From positions 232,872,001 to 232,936,000 of the forward strand of contig OZ024741.1 in assembly GCA_964016885.1 (NCBI GenBank): a DNA stretch of 64,000 nucleotides, in the 5' to 3' direction. The notes beneath the pieces were generated by a model. That model was not told the DNA's origin, did no database searches, and saw nothing but the letters and a program-made list of their open reading frames with translations. Numbering within the stretch: the stretch's first letter is position 1; the number at the start of each line of letters is the position of its first letter. The position numbers and the translations under genes were made by a program. Source of the stretch: Eledone cirrhosa. Lineage: Eukaryota. Below, piece by piece: positions 24,413 to 35,585 of the stretch.

Positions 24413-27400
24413 ACAAAAACACAACCGTCAGCACAAACACCATCTCCGCCAACAACACTACCACTAACACAAACAATTAAAAGAAAACACGCACAGAAAC
24501 AACTTACAACCATAACAACACCTAACTTCGTGTTAGTGAGGAACTCGAACACAAAATTACTGAACCTCATAACACGAAGTAAGGTAATAGAGAAAGAGGT
24601 TGAGGCGTTTAACATCTGCACCTTCAAGGTGCCACAAACACTTTTTCAGGTGCCAATGGCACTAAGCAATTATAAAACAATTAGGGCGGACTTCCCCAAC
24701 GACGTGGGAACACCCAGTGTAAAAGCCTCAAGTAGGCTTTTAAATGGGTTCCCCAAAGAAACCCCATCCAACTATGGAGGTCGAACCACCCGACCTTCAC
24801 AAGAGCCTGGGAGGTAAGTAAACCTTTCCTCTCTCTTTTAGCCTGCCAACATGGTCATATTAAGAGTAGGATGTTTAAATGTTCGATTCCTGGGATCGTC
24901 CGGGAAGTAGGGTCAACTGCTCAACGACCTCAGGTCTCTAGAAATGGATGTAATTGCCGTCAGCGAGACCATGAATTCCGATACGCGCGCACTAGCCCCT
25001 ATTTTAGACGACTATCAGATCTTTGCATCTGTTAGTCGGCCGGAAATGGGAGGTGGGGTGGCAGTGCTGTTTAGCAAAAGCCTGGATCTCGAGGTAAAGT
25101 GGATCTTCCGGGACTCGGACAGGAAGTTGGTGGTCCTGGACGTGAACAATAGCGAAGGTGGTGCCTTTAGTTGGGGCAGGACGGCGGGATTTCTATAGAC
25201 GCCTGGAAGCCTTTCTGGGTACGTCTCGCCTTTTACTATTAGCGGGGGACTGGAACGGCATCTTAGACGCTCGCTGGGATTGTGTGGGAATATCCGATAG
25301 GAGCGGGGGGTGCAAACGCCTCAAGTACCTGATCAGCCAGTTCCAACTGTCTGACAGGTACCGACTATATTTCCCTAATGCGCCAGTGTGGACCTGGACA
25401 AATAGTTTAGCGACATCTAGATCGTACTTAGATAGGTTTCTAATTAGATTAGTGGAGAAGGATAGTATAGGGTGTCCACAATTACATACAGTCGCCTATT
25501 CAGATCACAAGTTTGTGATCTCTATGGTCGACCTAGATAAGACGCATCGGTTAGGACCTGGTTACTGGAAGCTGAACATATCGTTTCCGGTACGTAACGA
25601 TTACAGGGACCGGGTCAACAATTTAGTTAAGAAAACCTTAACAGGGGGAGTCGTCAACAATAGATGGTGGGGGACTCTCAAAAGAGAAATTAGAGTAATG
25701 TCGATAGGGTTTAGCAAAGAAGTAGCGTTACATAAAAATAGAAAGGAAGGGGAGCTGGTAGATAAGTTAGACGAGGCTATTTGTGCTGGCATTGCAACTG
25801 ACGTGTTAGCGGCGAGAATGGCATTAGATCATTTCTTCAATGCGAAACACGAATGTTGCATTATCAGAGCTAAGGCACGTGCTCTGAGAAACGAAGGAAC
25901 CAAAGCTATTCGATGGGCTCGCGTGACAGAGGCGCAGTATAGTAATAAAAACACGATGCGATCTTTGTCGGACCGAGACGGACACGAGCTGAGCGATTCT
26001 AAGCGGATGTGTGAGGCCTTTCGCCAACATTTTGCTCGGATGTTCGGGAGAAGTGGCGGAAGTCCCTACCTCGATGGCTTCCCGCAACTCTCGACGGCCG
26101 GCGTTGAGCGCTGCAAAAGGCCGATTACTTCAGCCGAGATTCAAGATGCCCTTGTCGGCTGCATGAGGCGCAAGTCATCCGCTTTGGATTGTCAGCCCTA
26201 CGAGCTTTACGTAAATATGCTAGACTTGTTCTCCGATCTCCTCGGAGCGCTCTACTGCAACAGGCAGCAGAACGGGAGAATTCCCAGTTATGTGTGCCGG
26301 GCGTAGAGAGGCTGATAAGAAAAGACGAGAAAAAGAGGGACACATTAAACAATTTCAGGCTCAACACAGAGTTTAAGATTTTGGCCAAAGTGTTAGCGAA
26401 GAGGTTGGCACTTGTCGTCGAGGATTTGGATGGGGAGGCGAAAACTTGCGCAATCCCAACCAGGTCCATACACGACAACTTCCACCTGATGCGATACATC
26501 ATAGAGAGGGTTGGGTGTAAACCTGGCTTCGGTGGGGCTCTAATCAATTTATATCAATTGAAAGCATTCGATAGGGTCGACCATCGGTACCTGGAGGCTG
26601 TCCTCAAGGCGGCTGGCTTCGGCCCCGTATTCAGAAGCTGGATCGCTGCAATGCACAGCGGCATCGAACAATGGTCAAAATTAATAGCCACCTCTCGGAA
26701 CCGTTTCAGATCTCCCGAACGGTTCGTCAAGGGTGTCCTTGCTCCTCACTTCTGTACGTATTAACTCTCGAGCCTTTACTGCGGAAGCTGGGGCTGTTGC
26801 GGGGCATCCCGCTCGAACCAGGACGCGGAAAGGCTGTGTCGGCTTATGTGGACATCACCGTGATGGTGTCGGACACCTCAGAAATCTAGGTGGTCGGCAA
26901 CTTATTGGATTATTGGAGGAATATGAAAGGTTGACGGGAGCAAAAGTTAACCATGAAAAGTCGATGGGCTTGCAACTCGGCACCTGGAGATGCAAGTCCA
27001 TGCCGTCCAACAGCGTTGTTGGGCGCTGGACGGACGGACGGGTAAAGTTGCTCTGGATTTGGTTCGGGCCAGACCTCCATGTGAATAAGAAGTGGGACGA
27101 GGTGACGGGCAGGGTAGCCACTCTCACTCAGAAATGGGCTGCGAGGCAGCAATCACTAAAAGGTCGGGCGGAGGTGGCGAACGCGTACATCGCATCTGTC
27201 ATCTACTACCGCCTGACCGTCGTGCCTTGCCCTCGTTCGTGCATCGCCAACTTGGAACGGCTCCTCTTCAAATTCTTGTGAAGGGCCCAGGTTCCGTTGG
27301 TGAGGCGGTCCATCTGCTGCCAGCACCCTCTACGTGGAGGGCTGGGCACGCCGTGGCTAATGATGCTTAGACACGCGCTGAGACTGCAGCATCTCCACAG

Positions 27401-28388
27401 ATATTATGCCTAAAGGGTGAACAAGTGTGGTCGTCTCTTTTACTGAGCTGCAGTCCTGGGTCAAGAAGAGACCAAGGGTGGGTGACTGGCATCTGGAATG
27501 TTGCCAGGCACTCACTGCCCTCTACCAGGCGGGAAACGGGGTCAGTAGAACTTCCACTCTCGAGTTCTATAGAGGAATAGTGGTAGGCAACTGCCACGAT
27601 GCACTCGGAGAGGCTCTGGGCGTTGGCGAAGTCGTACTAACTAGTCTGTTCCGGAGGACTTCCGAGCCCAGGGACGATGGATAATTTCCAAAAATCCCTC
27701 GCTTGGCCGTGCTACCGGGGGGGGGGGGGGCTCTGCCGGTTTCAGATAAACTCTACAGGCACGGAAGGGCTGTGAGACGGACCTGCCCGAGATGCGCGCA
27801 GAGCGACAAAACCGTTCTGCATGCACTCGTCCACTGTCCGTGCATTACTGACTTGCGGAGTTATGTCGAACAGCTGTTGAGCGTGTAGAACGGATCCGGC
27901 TATCGGCCGAGTCCATAGTGAAGATCGACCCGCCGCCTTCTTTTGGCCAGGAAGGGCAGGCAATTTTCCTCTGTCTGGTGACAGTAGCGAAAGAGGTTGT
28001 ATAGTGGTTCTAGGTTGAAAGGACTGAAGACAGACACTTTTCTCTTAGGCCAATCCCTCATCAACTTTTTCAAGTTTCACTTGGAAAGGAAGGTAAGGGG
28101 TGGGTGAATGTGGCGAGAATGTGTCGTGTGAGTGGGCCTACTCTGATCATGCACCTGTAGGTGGGTGAATTTGAGGAGGAGAGGGGTGCCCTTCCCGGGT
28201 GCTCTCGAAGAATCGGGTCGTTCAGGTTTGGTGGGGTACCTGAGTGAACCCTGGGTGCCCCCCCCCCCCCATTGTGGAATTTTTCTCGTGTTTTTATTGT
28301 TGTTTATATTGTTTACACGTTGTATATGAAAACCCCCACTGTCCCAGTCTTTTGTATTGTCCCCTATATGTGGCCAATAAATGAAATC
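24413..28388 (+). mobile_element. 5'-truncated, frameshifted Tx1-like LINE (ORF1 end, ORF2, 3'UTR)
   Basis: ORF pieces 24530..24817, 25158..26306, 26189..26764, 26733..27281; ends tgtggccaataaatgaaatc. Confidence 0.9.
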
Positions 28389-28564
28389 ATTGGCAGTATC
28401 GGTAGAGGGTCGGATGCCATGCTTTCCAGCATAGTTACGTCCATTTATGGTCTGAGTTCAAATCCCGTCGAGGTTAACTTTGCCTTTCATCCTTACGGGG
28501 TCGATAAAATAAAATACCAGTAATACACTGGGTAATTGCTGGCCTTGTGCCTAACGTAGAAACA
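28389..28564 (+). mobile_element. tRNA-derived SINE copy inserted at a LINE (ATT)n tail
   Basis: Begins at the first ATT after the LINE terminus gaaatc. Confidence 0.85.
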
Positions 28565-28585
28565 ATTATTATTATTATTATTATT

Positions 28586-29420
28586 ACGGAGAACTTTCAG
28601 CCCAGGGTCTATGGATAACTTCCAAAAATCCCTGGCCTGGCAGTGCTACCGGGAGCTTTGCCGGTTCGAGATAAGCTCTACAGGCACAGAAGTGCCGTCA
28701 GCCGAGCCTGTCCGAAATGCGCGCAGAGCGACGAAACCGTTGTGCACGCATTCGTTCAGTGCCCGAGCATTACTGACTTGTGGAGCTATGTCGAACAGTT
28801 GCTGTCGCGTGTAGGACTGATCCGGTTATCGACTGAGTCCATTGTGCAGATGGTCTCACCGTCTTCCTTCGAGGAGGAAGGGCAGGCGGTTTTCATCTGC
28901 TTGGTGGCCATGGCGAAAGAGATTGTGTGGTGTACAAGGTTGAAAGGGTTAAAGACAGATACTTTCCTTTTCGGCGAATCCCTAATTAACTTTTTCAAGT
29001 TTCACTTGAAGAGGAAAATCAGAGTGGAGAGGCAAGTGCTGCCTTCTAGCAAGTTTGTTGAAGGTGGGTGAATGTAGCGAGAAAGGTCCGACTGAACGGG
29101 ACCGCTCTGAATATACGTCTGTAGTTTGAGAAATGGAAAAATTGAGAGAGGGCGCTTGCCCTGGTGGTCAGAGTGGCCGTGGTCTTTTGTGTGGTTTTCG
29201 CTTCGAGTAACCCTCGGAGGTTTCCTCCCTATTGCGGAATTTTTCATTGTTTCAATTTTGATTTTTATTGTTTATATATATATATATGTTTCTATGTCCT
29301 TTTTTTTCTTTTCTTATATAAATAATAAAAATATTTACACGCACAAAACCCACATCGTACCGTCCTGTGCCGTCTGTAATGTTTTTCTTGGTGTCAGCCC
29401 TTGTGGCCAATAAAGAAATC
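28586..29420 (+). mobile_element. Short 3' fragment of Tx1-like LINE
   Basis: ORF 28643..29071 zinc-finger region plus 3'UTR; (ATT)n on both sides. Confidence 0.9.
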
Positions 29421-29435
29421 ATTATTATTATTATT

Positions 29436-32400
29436 GTTCTGTTCGGACGTCTTTTTTTATCGCTCCCAGTAAGTCGCTTTATTTACCTGTTATAATTATT
29501 TGTTTCTAAATGTTTCTTGTTGTGTAAGGGATATAAGCCCTTGGACTTTGCCCTGTGAAGGGGAAAGTATAATATTTGGGCCTTTTGGCCCAAATATTTG
29601 AACAATATTTGAACATTTTACTTTTGAAACTTAAAAAAAAAAAAAAACATGTCTGAGACACGCCCCTAAGCAATATGTCTGCTGTCGTGTGACAACGGCG
29701 TAAAAGTTGAGAGGAGGGTTAGTGAAATTTATACAACAGACACCACCACAAACAACGTGAACAAAGACAACAACACTAATTTTTAAAAAATTACCACACC
29801 AGCTACAACAATAACAGCGTCAACCAAAATACAGACAGCAGAAAAAAATGACAGCAAATGCAACAACGATATTAACACCACTAACAAGAAAATAAACAAC
29901 GACAACACCAACAGCAACAATACAAATTGCACCGAAAACAACAACAACGGTGACACAAAAAACACAACCAACTACATCCGTGATAACAACAAAAACACCA
30001 AAAACACCGTTTGTAGCAGTAGCAACAGCAACAGCACCAACAACAAGACCAGCAGCAGCAATAGCGAAAATAATAATGGTGCCGCTGAAAAAGGGGCCAC
30101 TTCTTTCGCAGGTGTGGCCGAAATATAGAGACAGTGCTAGTCACGGAGGAGTCGCAAGAGCCATGGTGACAACGAATGGAAATAGAGTTTCCCTGAAACC
30201 TCCACCCAATTTCTCCAAAGACCAACATCTGCGCACGGTGACTTGCCGCACCGTAAGCAAAATGTCACATTGGGTGGAGAGAACCACGGCGGCTCAAATC
30301 CAAAAGGCCTTGGGGTGCGTCTGGGTGCGCAAAACCCACATCACCCGAGGCAAAACGTACCCCACAGTAGACGTACTTTTCGCCATCACCCATGAGGCGA
30401 ATTCTCACTCTTTGGAAACCCTAAAGTGTGAGGAGATAGTCTTGGTACCCTCCTACTGCGGGCAGAAAATTGTGAGGATCAAAGTGACCCAGGTCCCGCC
30501 CAACGTGCCCATACCGTAGCTGGCCGCGGTTGTACTGGCTGGAATCGAGGAGAAGACCACCAAACTGCAAATACAGAGAAAGGGAAGAGAGAACTGGTCA
30601 GGAATAGGCATGCAAATGCTAATACAGACTGACCAGGAGTGCATCGAGGCCATTCTAGATATCATAGACCTCGAAGAAGGACTCCAACTCCCTATAAGCG
30701 TGGAAGGAAGGCGCAGAAGACAGCCAAGAAGAGGGCGCCCTTCCTTCTGCCGCCTGATCCGCTGCTACCAAGAGCAGAGCAGGCAACAGAGTCAGAAGAC
30801 CCTTCCATGGTGAGTAGGAGGGCAACGTCCGTGGCACCCATACCAAGACAACGGACAACTAAAACAGCGGCAGCAGTGGCGGCAACACCAACAGTCGCAG
30901 TAGCTACACCGGCGGCAAAATCGCTGGAGCGGGCTCCACTACCACCACCAACAGCAGTGGAGCTCATACCCCTCCCAGACGCCACCGAATCCGACATGGA
31001 GTATGAGGCGGGAGGGAAGTGGAAAACGGTCTGCCAGAAAAAAACAAAAAAGGAAAAAACCCCTTAGATTCACCCTCCAAAAGCGAAGGCAAACAAAGAG
31101 GGGTAAAGGCTACAAGTAGACTTGCAGCACCACCATTACCATTACAACCACATGCATCATCACCAACAACAACCACACCACCACCAGCATCACCAAAAAC
31201 ACCAACATCGCACACACAACAAAGCACACACACCGAACAGCAACAACAAGAAAACAGCAACCAAATCCCCCCTCCTCCCAAAAAGGAACTCTTACAACAT
31301 ATAAAGCAGCACACAGACATCACAGAAAAAACCTACTACACCCCACCAGCACCAAGAACTCTCCTGACAGACATAAGCATCATTGAAATCTCAATAGAAC
31401 AGTACAAACCTTTAAAACAAAAATTCCCCAACGCAGTTGGAGACTTCGGAGGTTCGGTTACCAAGAGGATATACACCGACATCCTCTTGGAAACACCCAT
31501 GACCAGCCAAAGGGACGGTTCTACTCTCCCTTCACCACACGATCTAGGTAAGTGATCCTTTCTCACTCATCCAACATGGTCGTACTTAGAATAGGCAGTA
31601 TAAATTCCCCAGCGCAGTTGGAGACTTCAGAGGGTCAGTTACCAAGAAGATATACACCGACATGATCTTCGAGACACCCATGACCAGCCAAAGGGATGGT
31701 TCAACTGTCCCTTCCCCACACGATCAGGGTAGGTGATACTTTCTCACTTATTCCATTCCTCACCAAACATGGCCTTACTTAGAATAGGCAGTATAAATGT
31801 ACGTGGCCTGGGGTCATCTTGGAAGCAGGGTCACCTAATCAACGTCCTCAGGTCACTAAACATAGATGTGGTGGCCATCAGCGAGACCAGAATCTCCGAA
31901 GCACGAGCCTTCGCACCGATCTTCGGCGGCTATGATGTATACACATCCCCCAGTCGTCCAGGATCGGGGGGGGGGAGTTGCTGTGCTTTTTCGGAGGGGC
32001 TTGGATCTCGCCATACGGGCCATCATCCTGGACCCAGAGGGTAAGTCGCTGGTGCTGGACCGGCAGCGAAGGCAATGCTTTCAGGCTAGTAGCCGTCTAT
32101 GCCCCAAAAGGGGCAGGACGGACAGATTTCTTCAGACGTCTAGAAACCTTTCTTGGAACGTCCCGCTCTTTAGTGTTAGTGGGCGACTGGAACGGTATCT
32201 TAGATGCACGCTGGGATTATGTGCGGCTAGTAGACAGGACAGGGGGGTGTAAAAGCCTCAACAATCTGCTCAGACGTTTTCAACTGTTTGAGAGGAATAG
32301 ACTGGATTATCCGAATGTGCCCATGTGGAGATGAGCAAACCGCATCGGGTCATCCAGGTCGTATTTAGATAGGGTATTCTGTAAGGAAACAGATAAGGCT

Positions 32401-35334
32401 AGTGTTGGTTGTCCACAATTTAAAGTAGTCGACTACACGAACCATAAATATGTGATCTGTGAAGTTGACTTAGATAGACTCTATAGGCAAGAGCCCGGCT
32501 ACTAGAAGCTGAACGCGTCTTTCCCGGCGCGCAAAGATTACAGAGACCGGAGTAGCGTTGACAGGAGCGATCGTCAACAGGTGGTGGTTTACCCTGAAAA
32601 GGGCTATTAGAGTAGCATCGATAAGGTTTAGCAAAGGAGTAGTGATAGAGCAAAATAGAGTAGAGGGAGAGTTAGTTAGAAAGCTAGAAGAGGCGTTCAG
32701 GACAGGCACCGCAACCGACGTGCTTGCGGCGAGACTGGCACTCGACCAATTCTTCAACATAAAGCGTGAAACTGCGGTGTCAGAGCTAGAGCGCGTGCTC
32801 TAACACACGAGGGGGCGAAAGCCGTTCAATGGGCCCACGTGGTGGCAACAGACCCACAATTCGGTCTTTGCCTGATCAAAACGGACGAGCAGATGTGTGA
32901 GGCTTTTCAACAGCACTTTGCTCAATTGTCCGGGAGCGGCGGCGGGCCGGATCGAAGTATGAACTTCGATGCATACCTTGACGGAGTGCCGCGTCTCACG
33001 CCGACCGCAGCGCAGTGCTGCGAAAAACCGATAACAGCAGGTGAAATACGGGAAGCGATGTCTGACTGCACGAGATGTAAATCGCCAGATTTGGTTGGTC
33101 TTGCCCACCAGCTTTATGCGTACATACCAAACTTGTTCCGTGACCTCTTGGCAGATGTCTACTGCAACTGGCAGCAGAACGGGAGCATTCTCAGTTTTGT
33201 GAGCCGGGGAGCGGTGGCGCTGTTGAGAAAAGACCCGAACAAGGGGGACGTTATTGACAACTTCAGACTCATAACTCTGCTAAACGCAGAGTTTAAGACT
33301 TTGGCCAAGGTGTTAGCAAAGAGATCGGCGATTGTCGTCGGTTATCTGGTGGGAGAGGCGCAGACATGCGCCATTCCGGACAGATCCATCCACGACAACC
33401 ACCATCTAATGCGATACATCATAGAGAGGGTGGTTAAGGAACCTGGCACGGGTGGGGCCCTGATCAACTTGGATCAATCTAAAGCATTTTATACGGTCGA
33501 CTATCGGTACCTGGCTGTGGTCCTCGAGGTGGCGGGCTTCTGGCCCGTTTTTAGGGGCTGTATCGCTGCGATGCACCGCGACATCTGCTCAATTTTGAGA
33601 GTGAGTGGTCACCTGTCACAGACCTTCAGCATCATGCGCTCGGTCCGACAGAGTTGGCCCCTCTCGTCCCTCTTGTACGTATTGGCTCTCGAGCCGGTAC
33701 TGCACGAATGGGAGACGATGAGGAGGGTCCCATGCGAACAGGGATGCGGGAGATCCGTGTCAGCTTACGCCGACGACATCACTGTGGTGGTGTCGAGCAC
33801 CAAACACGTCCAGATGCTCGGCACCGCTCTCAATGAATACGAAGCGGTGACAGGAGCAAAGATAAACCAGGAAAAGTTGGGGCCTGTAACTCGGCATCTG
33901 GAGAGGCAAGTCCATGCCGTCCGACAGCGTCATGGGGCGCTGGACAGAAAGACCGGTTAAATTGCTCGGGGTCTGGTTCGGTCCGGACCTCCAGATGGAG
34001 AAAAACTGGAGCCACGTCACGAGCAAAGTGGGCTCTCTCACCCAGAAATGTGCCGAGAGGAGGCTGTCTCTGAAAGGTCGGGCGGAGGTGGCGGATGCGT
34101 ACCTTGCCCCCGCCCAACTCTGACACAAATTGAGCGCCTTCTATTCCGCTCTTTGTGGAAGGGACGTGCTTCCCATAGTCAGACGATCCATTTGCTGTCA
34201 ACAACCGTTGCGTGGAGGACTAGAAATGACGTGGCTGATGATGCGCAAATATGCGCTGAGGCTGCGACATCTCTGGTGCTTCCTTGACGTTGGACAGGTG
34301 TGGTCGCCGTTTGCCACGCGCGCTTTTCCCCAGCTTGTCTCCTTGACGGAGCTGCAGTCCTGGATTAGGAAAAGACTGAGGGATAGCGCTTGGAAGCTAG
34401 AATGTCTCCAAACGCTCACCGCCCTCTATCAGCTGGGCACTAGTATCGGTGGAACATCAACCTCGGCGTTCTATAGAGGGCTAATGGAGGGAAAGAGCGA
34501 CGAGTTCTCGGGGAGACCCTGGGCGTCGAAGACGATCATCTGTTTGCTCTCTTCAAGAGAACTTTCAGACCGGGGCCTATGGACAACTTCCAGAAATCCC
34601 AGGCCTGGCAGTGCTACCGGGGAGCGTTGACGGTTCGGGATAAGCTCTACAGGCACGGACGTGCTGTCAGCCGAGCCTGTCCGAGATGCGCACAGGGCGA
34701 TGAAACCGTGCTGCACGCACTCGTTCAGTGCCCGAGGATTGCTGACTTGTGTAGCTATGTCGAACAGCTGTTGTCGCGTGTAGGACGAATCCGGTTAGCG
34801 ACTGAGTCCATTGTGCAGATAGCCCCGCCATCCTGCTTTAAAGAGGAAGAGCAGGCAGTTTTCATCTGACTGGTGGCCATGGTGAAAGAGATTGGACAAG
34901 GTTGAAAGGGTTGAAGACGGACACTTTCCTCTTCGGCCAATCCCTGATTAACTTTTTCATGTTTCACTTGAAGAGGAAAATCAAGTGGAGAGGCAAGTGC
35001 TGTCTTCTAGTAAGTTTCTTGAAAGGTGGGTGAAAGTGGCGAGTCTCGTCCGAGTGAACGGGCCCGCTCTGAGTAAGCGCCTGTAGACTGAGGAGTGGGA
35101 AACTGAGAGAGGGCGCTTGCCCTGGTGGTCAGAGTGGCCATGGTCTTTTGTGTGGTTTTCGCCACGAGTGACCCTCGGAAGTTTCCCCCCATTAGGAATA
35201 TTTTGTTGTTTGATTTTTTTTATATTTTTTATATTTCTAACTTGTTATAACCTTTTTTACACGGCAAAATCCACATTTTATCATCCTGTACCGTCCTGTG
35301 CCGTCTCGAAGCTCTTGTGGCCATTAAAGAAACC
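29436..35334 (+). mobile_element. Near full-length degenerate Tx1-like LINE (probably chimeric)
   Basis: 5'UTR, broken ORF1 (ATG 29649) and broken ORF2 (ORFs 31978-34869 pieces, YADD present), 3'UTR; (ATT)n on both sides. Confidence 0.9.
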
Positions 35335-35359
35335 ATTATTATTATTATTATTATGTACA

Positions 35360-35546
35360 GGGCGGTGGATTGGCAGTATCGCTAGAGGGTCGGACGTCAT
35401 GCTTTGACGCATAGTGTTACAGCCCTTGCCATTCTGAATTCAAATCCCGCCGAGGTTAACTTTGCCTTTCATCCTTACAGGGTCGATAAAATAAAGTACC
35501 AGTAATGTACTGGATAATTGCTGGCCTTGTGCCAAAAGTAGAAACA
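35360..35546 (+). mobile_element. tRNA-derived SINE copy next to a LINE (ATT)n tail
   Basis: Same family, with (ATT)n tail. Confidence 0.85.
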
Positions 35547-35585
35547 ATTATTATTATTATTATTATTATCATTATTATTATTATT

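Noticed and set aside
23270-28388. Twin-priming 5' inversion of one LINE
   Set aside because: The inverted piece duplicates the 3' end, has its own tail and differs in sequence, so these are two insertions.
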